From: Eledone cirrhosa
Taxonomy: Eukaryota
Direction: 5' to 3'
DNA: 64,000 nucleotides
NCBI GenBank assembly: GCA_964016885.1
Contig: OZ024751.1
Coordinates: 43,152,001-43,216,000 of the forward strand
Positions 31,391 to 44,660 of this stretch are shown here, piece by piece. The position numbers were made by a program, and so were the translations under genes. The notes under the pieces are model-generated. The model saw only the letters and a program-made list of their open reading frames with translations, searched no databases and had not been told where the DNA came from. Within the stretch, counting starts at the first letter, position 1; every line of letters begins with the position of its first letter.

Positions 31391-32884
31391 ACTTCGAGAC
31401 GGCTTGTGTCTGGGATTCTTCACGCCAGTGGTTTTTTCCCACACTGCCTGGGCTTTTATCATTGCAGTAACGATACTATAGGTTGTTGATATCTAAAAAC
31501 ATCTATCTGCATACACACAGTTATCAGATTTGCCTTTATTAAGATATGATAAAATATATCGTCATCAGGTTTTTTTTTTAAATAATAAAACAAAAAATAA
31601 ATCAAGTTAGATCACTCTCAACCGCAGATATTTTCAATAAACCTCTTCAGGAAAGGAGATTGAAATGTGTTTACGCGCATATAAAGGATTGTTATTTACA
31701 GAGAAACAAAACACGTTAAGAAAATTGAATATAAACTTATTTGACAGGTAAGAGCAATTACTGGTGTAATAAAGCTGATTGTTGGTATTTATATATATTA
31801 CGGTCAATAGATAGTTTTTATTCACAGTTGTATAAATAAGATTTCAAATATATATATATATCATAGGTAAGAATAATTACTAGTATATTAAAGCTTATTG
31901 TTGGTATACGGCTGGAAGTATATTTTACAGGTAAAAATAATTATTGATGACAGATTGGCAGAGTCGTTAAGAATATGGGATATAATTGTTTCTACTTTTG
32001 GCACAAGGCCAGCAATTACCCAGTGTATTACTGGTACTTTATTTTATCAACCCCGATGTTAGCTTTGCCTTTATTCTTACGATGTCAATAGGAAGAAAAA
32101 TAAACGTACCAGTCACGTACTGAGGGTCGATTTTCTCTCTTTTCCTCTGTCAGTCTCCTTCTCTGTAATAAATAGGTTGTGTTCAGACCTGGAGATGGAG
32201 ATAATCTCCCGCCAAGTTTTAAATGCCCCTAAACCGCTCTATGTCACTAGAGTGCTGCTACGACTCTATCGGGAGTGTTATAGGTCCGTAAAACAGGAAA
32301 ATTACAGGCGATCAATTGACAGAGTCGTTAGAAGTCGGATAGAATGTTTTGTGGTATTCATTCCGACTCTCTACACTGGTCTGTTCTTCCTCTTTATCTC
32401 TTTCTCATTTTCATTCTCTCACTTTCTATCTTTCTCAGAATGTGTGTCGAAAGAACTTTAATGAACTAATAACTAATGATAAAGCTGAAGTGAAAATGAA
32501 CTGCTGCGTGTGATTTTTGTTGGCAGTATTGGTAACATGACCATCTCCGAATATGACTTTCCATCATGCTTTTATATAAGAACATTTGCTAAGTGATATG
32601 TCAAATACCAGCTTAATAATGACTAAGTTATATTACTAAATTCCTTCATATTTTCGATTATTTTCAAAATTATTTGAAAATCATAGGCAATATCTTTCAT
32701 TAGAAATATGGTAATGAAAGGGTTAAGATATTTATATTCATCTAAAAACCCTCTATCATATTTTTATATAAGAACCTTTCTTAGGTTATGCCCCGACATA
32801 CCAGCTTAGTAATCTGACTAAGTAAATTATATTACTAAATTCCTCCAAATTCTTGATTATTTTCAAAATTATTTGAAAAATCAT

Positions 32885-35337
32885 TGCAGTGTCTTTCATT
32901 AGAAATATGGTAATGAAAGGGTGAATGACATTGGCAATGTCTTTCATTAGAAATATGGCAATGGAAGGCTTAATGACATAGGCTGTGTCTTTCATTAGAA
33001 ATATGGTAATGGAAGGGTTAATGACATAGACAGTGTCTTTCATTAGAAATATGGTAATGGAAGGGTTAATGACATAGACAGTGTCTTTCATTAGAAATAT
33101 GGTAATGGAAGGGTTAATGATATAGGCTGTGTCTTTCATTAGAAATATGATAATGAAAGGGTTAATGACATAGACAGTGGCTTTCATTAGAAATATGGTA
33201 ATGGAAGGGTTAATGACATAGGCTGTGTCTTTCATTAGAAATATGGTAATGGAAAGGTTAGTGACATAGACAGTGTCTTTCATTAGAAATATGGTAATGG
33301 AAGGGTTAATGACATAGTGTCTTTCATTAAAAATATGGTAATGGAAGGGTGAATGACATTGGCAATGTTTTTCATTAGAAATATGGCAATGGAAGGCTTA
33401 ATGACATAGGCTGTGTCTTTCATTAGAAATATGGTAATGGGAGGGTTAATGACATAGCCTGTGTCTTTCATTAGAAATATGGTAATGGAAGGCTTAATGA
33501 CATAGGCTGTGTCTTTCATTAGAAATATGGGAATGGAAGGGTTAATGACATAGACAGTGTCTTTCATTAGAAATATGGTAATGGAAGGGTTAATGACATA
33601 GTGTCTTTCATTAGAAATATGGTAATGGAAGGGTTAATGACATAGACAGTGTCTTTCATTAGAAATATGGTAATGGAAGGGTTAATGACATAGACAGTGT
33701 CTTTCATTAGAAATATGGTAATGGGAGGGTTAATGACATAGGCTTTGTCTTTTATTAGAAATATGGTAATGGAAGGGTTAATGACATAGACAGTGTCTTT
33801 CATTAGAAATATGGTAATGGAAGGGTTAATGATATAGGCTGTGTCTTTCATTAGAAATATGGTAATGGAAGGGTTAATGACATAGACAGTGGCTTTCATT
33901 AGAAATATGGTAATGGAAGGGTTAATGACATAGGCTTTGTCTTTTATTAGAAATATGGTAATGGAAAGGTTAGTGACATAGACAGTGTCTTTCATTAGAA
34001 ATATGGTAATGGAAGGGTTAATGACATAGTGTCTTTCATTAGAAATATGGTAATGGGAGGGTTAATGATATAGGCTTTGTCTTTTATTAGAAATATGGTA
34101 ATGGAAGGGTTAATGACATAGACAGTGTCTTTCATTAGAAATATGGTAATGGAAGGGTTAATGATATAGGCTGTGTCTTTCATTAGAAATATGGTAATGG
34201 AAGGGTTAATGACATAGACAGTGGCTTTCATTAGAAATATGGTAATGGAAGGGTTAATGACATAGGCTGTGTCTTTCATTAGAAATATGGTAATGGAAAG
34301 GTTAGTGACATAGACAGTGTCTTTCATTAGAAATATGGTAATGGAAGGGTTAATGACATAGTGTCTTTCATTAGAAATATGGTAATGGAAGGGTTAATGA
34401 CATAGACAGTGTCTTTCATTAGAAATATGGTAATGGAAGGGTTAATGACATAGGCTGTGTCTTTCATTAGAAATATGGTAATGGAAGGGTTAATGACATA
34501 GACAGTGTCTTTCATTAGAAATATGGTAATGGAAGGGTTAATGACATAGACAGTGTCTTTCATTAGAAATATGGCAATGAAAGGGTTAATGACATAGGCT
34601 GTGTCTTTCATTAGAAATATGGTAATGGAAGGGTTAATGACATAGACAATTAGAAATATGGTAATGAAAGGGTTAATGACATAGACAGTGTCTTTCATTA
34701 GAAATATGGTAATTGAAGAGTTAATGACATAGTGTCTTTCATTAGAAATATGGTAATGGAAGGGTTAATGACATAGACAGTGTCTTTCATTAGAAATATG
34801 GTAATGGAAGGGTTAATGACATAGTGTCTTTCATTAGAAATATGGTAATGGAAGGGTTAATGACATAGACAGTGTCTTTCATTAGAAATATGGTAATGGA
34901 AGGGTTAATGATATAGGCTGTGTCTTTCATTAGAAATATGGTAATGAAAGGGTTAATGACATAGACAGTGTCTTTCATTAGAAATATGGTAATGGAAGGG
35001 TTAATGACATAGGCTGTGTCTTTCATTAGAAATATGGTAATGGAAGGGTTAATGACATAGTGTCTTTCATTAGAAATATGGTAATGGAAGGGTTAATGAC
35101 ATAGACAGTGTCTTTCATTAGAAATATGGTAATGGAAGGGTAATGACATAGACAGTGTCTTTCATTAGAAATATGGTAATGGAAGGGTTAATGACATAGG
35201 CTGTGTCTTTCATTAGAAATATGGTAATGGAAGGGTTAATGACATAGACAGTGTCTTTCATTAGAAATATGGCAATGAAAGGGTTAATGACATAGGCTGT
35301 GTCTTTCATTAGAAATATGGTAATGGAAGGGTTAATG
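32885..35337. repeat. 48-bp minisatellite (with 44-bp variants), ~50 copies
   Basis: Unit GTGTCTTTCATTAGAAATATGGTAATGGAAGGGTTAATGACATAGACA. Confidence 0.97.
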
Positions 35338-35451
35338 TTTCAAAGTATAAAAGACTGTGGAAAGATGATTTATCACAAAATTTCTGCATCTACATAAATT
35401 TGGTAAGATACACACTCATCAGATTATGACTTGTTCCATTCATAACCTTAA

Positions 35452-35679
35452 CCCTTTGGAGACGGAGCCCTTTTCACAAGCCCTACAAAAAGAAATTATA
35501 AAAAATTAAGTTCATGATAAATAAATCACAGAACACAGCAAATTATCATGGAAGCTGCCATTGAAAGGCCCAGCTGTCCAATGCAAGAATCAATCTAACT
35601 GGCTGGTATGAAGTCCAACCACCTAATCTTGAAGCTTGTATTATCAGGCTGATAGATTGGCCCTGTCGTCTCCTAAGGG
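35452..35679. mobile_element. piggyBac-like MITE
   Basis: TTAA-CCCTTTGGAGACG ... CGTCTCCTAAGGG-TTAA (TTAA TSD; 13-bp TIR with one mismatch). Confidence 0.75.
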
Positions 35680-35804
35680 TTAAACTTGTACTTGGATACA
35701 GAAACTTATATTTTCTTAACATTTGATATATTTTTCAAATTATTTCTCTACAATTTTTTTTTGCAGCTCCATCTTTGGAAGGTGTAACCTTTATAATAAC
35801 CAGG

Positions 35805-37489
35805 ATGGAAGTAAAAGTGAGACAAAGGACTCCAGAATGGTTTGAAGCCCGTAAAAAAGTAACTCTAACAGCTTCTAAATTTGGTGAGGCATTGGGTCTT
35901 GGTAGAGGTAGACCCTACGATTATTTTGTCTTTTTAATATCAGACAGTGAACATTACCAAGAAGACAGTGAACAAAATCGAAATATGAGTCATGGAATTA
36001 AAATGGAAAAAATCATTGGGGAAGCTTATGAGTTATTAACTGGCTGTAAAACCAATGAAACTGGGTTTTGGGTTCCAAAAGAGAAAGACATGCTTGCTGG
36101 CTATGTTGGTGCTTCTCCTGATGCTTTGGTTTGTGAAGGAAGTGGACTAAACTGGACTATCGGACTGGCTGAATTCAAAGCCCCAATTTATAAACTCTAC
36201 TCTGGAGATAATCTCATACATGGTATTCCTCGAGCATACATGGCCCAAATTCAAGGGCAAATGGCAATTTGTAGAATGAAATGGTGTGATTTTATGGCAG
36301 TTTGTGTAAAAACTAAAGAGATTATGTTGAAACGAGTATATTTCTGCCCCGTATATTGGCAACATGTCTCCCTTGAACTGATAGCTTTCTGTCAGGTTTT
36401 AAAGGTTCGTTGAAAATGTTTATTATCATAAAATTAATTTGAAGATATAATTGATTGTTATGTTAACTGGATGCTGGTATTAACCAAATGTTCGTGTTCA
36501 TCTTTGATCATCATCATCATTGATGTTGCAAGTTATTTCTACAGCTAGGTGAACTGGAGCAATGCGAAATAAAGTGTCTTGCTAAAGAACATAATACATC
36601 ATCTGATCCGGGAATTGAACTGACAACCTCACAATTGTGAATTTGATGTTCTAATCACTAAGCCACACACCTTCACATGTGAAGATCCGTGTGTGTGTAT
36701 ATCATTTTTTCATTTCATTTTACGTCCGCTTTTTCCTGCTTGCAAGGGTGGGACGGGAACCGATTCTGGCTTGATTTCTACAGCTGGATGCCCTTCCTAA
36801 CACCAACCTCATTTACAGTGAGTGCTGGGTGCTTTTTTGCTGTGGCACCTCCACGACCACTTTGCAGTGGAATGATAGGGACCCCAGTCCCTATCATCTC
36901 ATTTTTACAGCTGAGTAAACTGGAGCAATGTGAAATAAAGTGTCTTGCTCAAGGAAACAACACATCACCCAGTCTGAGAATTGAACTCACAACCTTTCGA
37001 TTGCAAGGCCAATGCACTAACCACTAAGCCATGTGCCTCCATGTGCATATATATATATATATATATATACACATACACACACATACACAAATATAATCAT
37101 TTAACTTCCATTTTCCCAGCTAGCAAGTATCATCACCGTTTAATATCTACTTTCAAAGCTTGCATGGACACATATGTTATCTAAGACATTCTTTTTCTTA
37201 ATTTCAGGAATCTCAACTGCGGAAACAATGTGGCAAGGATATTCTTGGCTTTGGTATAGCAGAACGTCTACGACTGAAACCCTACAGCAGGGAACCATTT
37301 CCTGGTGAAGCAAACATCAAAGTAGTAAACCAACTTCAAACAGGCCTTAATCATAAATTTCTGGGACCTGGCCGTGTTTGGATGCCGTTTGACATATTAA
37401 TGGGTGTCAAATATGAACTGCCCCCCTCATTGAAGTTATATGGAGATAGAATTATCGACAGAATTGATAAAACAAAGAGAAAAAAATGA
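35805..37489 (+). CDS. YqaJ viral-recombinase / lambda-exonuclease family PD-(D/E)xK nuclease, ~293 aa from ATG 35805; exons 35805-36404 and 37208-37489 (upstream exon(s) likely, acceptor at 35766)
   Basis: Motifs QRTPEWFEARK..LTASKF, HG..ME, GASPD, EFKAP, YMAQIQGQM...WCDF. Phase-0 GT-AG intron joins to a 93-codon open exon ending TGA at 37489. Confidence 0.85.
36700..37045 (-). mobile_element. Composite CORE-type SINE with (ATG)n tail (near-identical copies 51302-51640 and 62398-62705; partial opposite-strand copy ~61085-61350)
   Basis: tRNA-like head, CCTTGAGCAAGACACTTTATTTCAC CORE-like block, GGAAGGGCATCCAGCTGTAGAAA 3' block, GGACGTAAAATGA tail; high identity among copies. Confidence 0.75.
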
Positions 37490-37529
37490 TTCATATGTTC
37501 ACTTTAGTTTTATTTGCAATGTTACATGA

Positions 37530-37810
37530 AGGTGCCTGGCTTACTGGTTAGGGTGGTTTGCTCATGATTGTAAACTCCCGAGATTGATTACAAGACCAGC
37601 AGTGCAATGTGTCCTTGAACAAGACACTTTATTTCATGTTGCTTCACTCCACTCAGCTGATAAAAAAAAAAATTTAGTTGTACCTTGTGATTCAAACCCC
37701 TCAACCTTGTCACATTCTGTCACACTGAATCTCCCTGAGAATTGCATTGAGGGTATACGTGTCAGGGGAATGCTCAGCCAGTTGCATGTTAATTTCCACC
37801 AACAACATTG
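37530..37810 (+). mobile_element. CORE-type SINE with CTGAATCTCCCTGAGA tail (tail also at ~10400-10710, three times in 22985-23380, and ~7900-8020)
   Basis: TGTCCTTGAACAAGACACTTTATTTCA core and recurring TGAATCTCCCTGAGAA...GGAATGCTCAGCC block. Confidence 0.65.
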
Positions 37811-38605
37811 TTTTTACATCCACTCTTTCAAGCTGGCATGGGCTTGAAGAGACCTTTTGAGGTAATATTCTACGTCCAGACACCTGCCCCTTCCTAATGC
37901 TAAAATTTTGTTTTCAAGTAAGGTCCTTATTTTCCTGATCTTTATAAAAAAAAAAAAAAACCCAGTATTATTTGTTAGGTAAAGCAGTCAATTTGATGAC
38001 TTGTATATACAGCAAGCTTCCACAGAGTTTCTGTCTACTAATGTCACTCACAAGGTATTGGTCTATAGTAGAAGACACCTACTCAAGGTGCCACATGGTG
38101 GGATCAAACCCAAACCATACGTGTAAAGTGAAACTTCTTAACCACAAATCCATACCTGTACAAGTCCTCGTCAACACCTATATGTAATAAATTTATTTTT
38201 ACAGCAGTATTGGGTCATTTCATTAATTACTTTTATTGTCTGCCATTTTATATACCTAAAGTAAAACATATATACATGTATGTGTGCACTCTAACCAGTT
38301 GTTTATTGAGTGAGTGAGGAAATGACCAAAGCTATGTCCACTATTTGATAAGCTTTGTCTCATAGATGTTAAATGAAGATGACGATAATATATATAGGCA
38401 GTCAGGTATGAAAAAGGTTCCTACTACGACTACTAGTAATAAATTCATCCATTTGTTTGTGGTGATAAAAGGTTTCCATCTCATATGATCCAACATTAAC
38501 TACCTCAGATAATTCTGTATCTTCCTCAATGACTCTTTAATGTCTTGAGAGGTCGTCCACATTTGTATTTCATATTAGTGGACTCCCATAGTAGAAGTTT
38601 TGTAG

Positions 38606-38822
38606 CAGGTTCGTTGCCTCATGACATGACCTGCAAGTTGGAGACACCTGACATAGTTGGCTTGGCAGGTATTGACACAGGTTCGTTGCCTCCTGATATG
38701 ACCTGCAAATTGGAGACACCTGATATGGTTGGCTTGGCAGGTATTGACACAGGTTCGTGGCCTCATGACATGACCTGCAAGTTGGAGACACCTGATATGG
38801 TTGGTTTGGCAGGTATTGACAA
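38606..38822. repeat. 72-bp tandem repeat x3 between the convergent YqaJ and SDR genes
   Basis: CAGGTTCGTTGCCTCATGACATGACCTGCAAGTTGGAGACACCTGA... repeated three times. Confidence 0.9.
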
Positions 38823-39276
38823 GAAGGTTAATGTTAGAGATACAAAATGAAAATGAACACTAATAATTCAGGTAAGTTCATGTAGGGACAAGGAAAGGAA
38901 AATATTCAAACAGGAGAGACCCCACCATGAAAGTCAGGTGGAATTCCACTCCACTAAATCTGGCCAGCTGGAACTATACACTACAGAATTGAAGACAGAA
39001 AAGAAAGGAGAAAAATAGATTCCATTTCTTTATTTCCAAAAGAAAATACAAAAAAAAAAAAAATCATCTTTTTGCAAGTGAAAGTAAACTTGTGTTGGCC
39101 TGTGATTCTATTGTGGAAGATATGTCTTTTACCATCAACAAAAGGTCAAGGATTCAATGATCAAATGATGGAACATGGCATGTTTTCCACCATCAACAGA
39201 AAATCAAGGACACAGAGATTTTATTCTATGATGGACAGATGACATGTCTTCCGCCGTCAAGGAGGCTCCAGTGATT

Positions 39277-42200
39277 CTATCGTGGGCACATGGCATGTCT
39301 TCCACCGTCAACAGGAAGCAGGGCTCCAGTGATGAAAGAAGCAGCATCAGAAGCCAAGAAAGCAATTGCCTTGGCAGCCTCATCCACTTCTCCTACTCTT
39401 CCTAGAGCATGGGTTGTCTTGGATCTCTCTAGAAACTGAAAAGATACAGAGTTACAGTGAGAGCAGTAATTGACATATACAGAGTTATGTGACCAACACT
39501 TGCTAGCAGGGAAAGCAGTGTAAAATGATGACAATGATACAAGAATGGAAGCAGTAGCAAAGAAATTATATATTTATCTTACCTTAGCATAAGCTTCCTC
39601 ACTCAGACCCCCTCTTTTATGAATATCGGTGATGATAACCCCAGGACTGGAAAACAAAGTAGAAACGCAAACAATTATAATTTGGGATAGGATTAAAGCA
39701 CCATATCACAGGTTAACTATGTGCAGTAACCCAAGGCAGGGTTTTCTCCTGAAATATTGATATATAAATATGGTAACATTAGCGTGACTAACTGAAGGCA
39801 ATATACTTACTTGATGCTATTCACACGGACATTTTTTGCTGCCAACTCTGAAAAACAGAGAAAGGTGAAAAACTTTATATATATCATGAAAGGGTTAAAA
39901 AACTATAATTGCTATGGAGCAGCTCTTATAATCTTCCTTGTTATGGAGACTCCAGTAATCTCCTCTGAATCAAATGGTTTCTAATTTAGGGACAATGCCA
40001 ACTATTTTGAAAGGAGGAGAGTCATCATCATTTTAATGTCCCCTCTTCCATGCTGGCATTGGTTTGATGCCCTTCCTGATGTCAACACTTCTGTTGTCAC
40101 TTATGCAGGGATACCCAAATAAACACACAACATCATATCAGTATTGTGAAAAAGTATTAGTATTAAGGTAATATTTTTTCATAAAGGGGTTGACATTCAA
40201 AGGCATCTGACTAAAGCATACTCTTCCTAATGTCAACCCTTTTAAACCGAAATACACACAACATCATAACAATATTGTGAAAGAATATTACTTTAATACT
40301 AATACTTTTTCACAATAGAGTTAGGTCGTGTGTATCTCAGTTTTAGGAATAGGTACACCATATCCCTGCAAGACATCAAGAAAGGGATCTGACTGTAAAA
40401 CAAATGCCCTTCCTGATGTCAACCCTTAAAATATATTCTTGAAATCAAGTTAGACATGGCTTAACTTTGATAAGTTTCAGCCAGTATTGGCCCAGGCCAT
40501 GTCTAACTTAAATAGCACCACCTGGCATCATAACAGTATTGTGAAATATTTTCAAGGCATGAGAAAGAAGAGAAAAAGTAACATACCAACAGCCACTGTA
40601 CATGTGAATTGATCTAAGGCACTTTTAGACATGTTGTATGCCAGAACTCCAGCAAACTGAAATATAAAACAGTAAAATGTACTTACTAACTTCACTTTGA
40701 TGGACAACTATATTTAACTATCCTTCTACACCGATATACAGTTAAGATAAACACACTCTGTAAAGTGGCTGGTGATTGGAAGTGTATCCAGCTCTAGAAA
40801 ATCTGCCAAACAGAGTCAAAGACATGACAACCTCCCTAGTGCTGGTGCCATGGTAAAATGCACTCATTAAAGAGCAGGAACATATGTAAGCACGATGTAA
40901 GTCCCTGGTCCATCTGAGAGATCCATAGCTCCGCTTTAGCACTGACTTGGTCTATGAAGACCTGTCTAACCCTTACTAGCAGCGAAGAATTTTATGAATT
41001 ATTATCACTGAAGTTATTGTAAAAATGTAATGTGAAAATGACTTACAGATCTTAAACCATTTACACTGGAAACATTGACAACAGATCCTTGTGTTTTTAT
41101 CAAATGTGGAACTGCTAGCATTGTTAACTGATAAATAGACCTAGAGAAAGAAATTTACAAAGTTTGTAATTAGATCTTTGACATAATATATTTCCCAATC
41201 AAATTATTTACACAACCAATATATGCTTTCATATTATCTATACCATGAAAGGATGGTGGACTGGCAGTATCATTAGAACATCAGACACCATGCTTCATGG
41301 CATAGTGTTACATCACTTTATGGTGAGTTCAAATCCCCACCGAGGTTAGCTTTGCCTTTCACCCTTACGGGGGTTGATAAAATAGAGTACCAGTAACACA
41401 CTGGAGTAGATTTAATTGAATTTTGTCCTCCCCAAAAATTGTTGGCCTTGTGCCTAAATCAGAAACTATTATTTACACATCCAACATGGATTTTTTTCAT
41501 TATTTACAACCAATGTTATTCATCGCATCCATTAACCCTTTAGCATTTAAACTGGCTGTATCCAGCCAGCATTCTCTCACCTCTTTCCGTTCAAGCCGGC
41601 CATAACCGGCTGATCATACTTATCTTAAGGTATTGTTATCAAAATAAATAATATAAAAATCTTGTAGATTCGATATTACGCGAGATACTTATGTGAAATA
41701 AAGTGTTTACCGTGAAAATACAATAGTAAATATAGAGTAATAGTAAGCGCTAAAGGTTTAAACCAGTCATGGAGAAACCGACTCATTTGACTGAGTGAAA
41801 TGTCTAACAAAAAATTATCTTGAATATTTTTTAGTAATGTGGACAGCCTAAAAAACAAATTAAATTGGAATAATAATATTTATTTAAAATTTCGTACCGT
41901 ACATTAATGTTGAATATTTTATCATACTGTTCCAAGCTAGTAGTTTCAATACTGCCATAGGACAAGATCCCAGCACAGTTCACCTGTAAGTGGCAGATGA
42001 AAAAAAATAACATGGTTTCTAAAATAATTCTACAAGAAACAAGCCACCATAATTGTGGAGACAAAGAATGGCAAAATATTAAATTGAAATAAAAAAGTAA
42101 AGGTGCCGATCATTAAATCGGACCAAGGAAACCATGTTTCCATTGGTTTTTCCATTGCTAATACTAACAGCTAATCATAACTGCTGGCAGAAAGATATTA

Positions 42201-43420
42201 AATGAAGGAATAAATAAATAAAATGGTTGGAGAAGTCTAAGTAATGGCACCAGGAAATGGTAAGTACAAGAGATCATTGTTTTAATGTCTGTTTGTCCAC
42301 ACTAGCATGGGTTGGATGGTGTCCTTCTCAGGACAGCGTCTTTCTACACATTGAGATCCTTTGTCATCTCTATGTGTCTCAGTGATTTGAGGTCAGTTCT
42401 CACAACCTGTGCTCTGGTCTTTCTTGGACTATTTCCACTGCAGCTTCCATCTACTGGCATTTTCTGGCACTTCTTCACCCAACAATCATTGTCCATAGGC
42501 ATCATATGTCTATACCGAATGCAGAATTAACCCTTTCATAACTTTATTTCTAATTAGAAAGGCCACATTTTAATTCTTTTTGAAATGAAAGCAAAACAAA
42601 ACAGAAAAAAAGAACAAGAATTTGAAAGTATTTAGTGAAATAATTTTTCATTTGTTTTCAAATTAGCTTCTCCATACTGTCATGGATTTGGTATTTTATG
42701 GGACTGTTTTATGACTAGACCCCCTTTTATCATGAACCCTTCTACTCTCAGGTTTTTAATAATCGCCCCCACACACTTGTTAATTTTTAAGATTTTTTTC
42801 AAAATATAGAAATGTTTTGTAAATTAAAACCAGAGACAGTCCCAAACTGGTTGGTATTTAATGGGTTAAGGTGTGAAACGGAGATGAAAAGTATCAAATT
42901 TAAGAAAAGTTTATTTACCAAAATGTTTAGTTTTCCAAAATGGGAAATAGTTTTCTCCATCAGAGTTTTGACATCATCTTCTTTTGAAAGGTCAGCCACA
43001 ATCATTAGGGGCTGAAATATAGAATATTGTTGGAGTTTTTAAATGAAAAACAATTTAAACTGAAGGTTATAGACAAGGGAACTTTTAATCCTGTGGAATA
43101 TAAGGTTTCTATTATAAAACCGCTTACAGTTTTAGAATATAGGGCCTCTATCATATATAACATCTTACAGTTTATTACAATATAGGGGCCGCTTTAAATA
43201 ATTTGTAAAGACTATAGATGAAGGATCTTATAGTTCATTGGAATATAGGGTCTATATTATATAGTATTAAATACAATCTTATAGTTCAGTAGAATATAGG
43301 ATGTATATTGAAGAATATCTGGGGTCAGAACAATGGGTAGCAGTAATGGTGTGGTATATAGTGAGATTTGGTAGACGTAAACTGTGCAGAAGCCTGTTGT
43401 GTGTGTATGTATGTTAGTAT

Positions 43421-43470
<50 letters not shown>

Positions 43471-43701
43471 AGATCAAAAGATGGTTAAAAGAGTTCCAAG
43501 TATTTTATTATACGCATTTCAAAAACAAATATCATCATGGGATGATGATATTTGTTTTTGAAATGCGCATAATAAAATACTTGGAACTCTTTTAACCATC
43601 TTTTGATCTTATATTATTTATACTCCAGTCCTATAAACTGTGGAGTGCTACTTATCCAATGTTTGCATTGCTTTATTGTTACTACAATAAAACTCACCTC
43701 C

Positions 43702-43737
<36 letters not shown>

Positions 43738-44623
43738 CAAACACATATATAAATATATATATATACCACAAATCTATTGAACCACATATATATATATATA
43801 TGATGTGTGTAAACATCTATTTTACCTTGGAACCATGTTTTTCACATTCATCAAAAGTTTTTTTCAGGTTGTCTTCTTTTCTACCAGTAATTGCCAAATC
43901 TGCACCAAGTTTACTAAACAGTACAGCAGTACCAGCACCAATACCAGAACTGGCACCTAAACACAGAAATAATTTACACTTAAATATTTATATTCCACAC
44001 ATACATCCATCATTTTATGTCTCCTTTCCATGCAAGCATAGTTTGGACACGAGTTCTATGGCTGGATGCCCTTCCTAATGCCAACCACCATATAAGGTGT
44101 ACTGAATGTGCTTTTGTGACACCAACAGTAGCACTTTAGTGGGTGCATTTTATCATGGCACCAACACTACCACTTTACTGGGTGCATTTTATCATGGCAC
44201 CAACACTACCACTTTACAAGGTATGCTGTGAGAAATTTATCTCGGCACCAGTACTACCACTCTACAGAGTGTACTGGGTGCATTTTATGTGTGCCTGGCA
44301 CCAGTACTAGAGAGGTTGTCACCTGCTAAACTTGACTAATGAGTCCTTTCAGATCCTGTATTGTGGCCATTTGATTACCAAACGCAGTAGCTTCTGGTGT
44401 CTCACTACATTTATTTTTAGTAGCAAACAATATGATACACAATCACACAGAAACACACGCACAAAGAACACTACACACACACATGAGAATCACATGAAAT
44501 ATCACAATGTTTTTGATATATCAAATAACACAAGATACAGTTTAGTAAAATAAAACAGATTATTTTACAAACTATATTAGTCTTAACTATCACACTCCAC
44601 AGATAATAATTATGTTAATTTAT

Positions 44624-44660
<37 letters not shown>

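Noticed and set aside
32177-32461. Candidate upstream coding exon for the YqaJ gene
   Set aside because: The ATG frame at the apparent donor (~32283) is phase 2 while the 35767 acceptor needs phase 1; at most a 5' UTR exon.
32786-35309. Series of MKDTVYVINPSITIFL ORFs
   Set aside because: Translation of the 48-bp minisatellite, broken by 44-bp variant units.
38545-38850. 101-aa repetitive ORF (DMTCKLETPD repeats)
   Set aside because: Arises from a 72-bp triple repeat; non-ATG start and no splice partner found.
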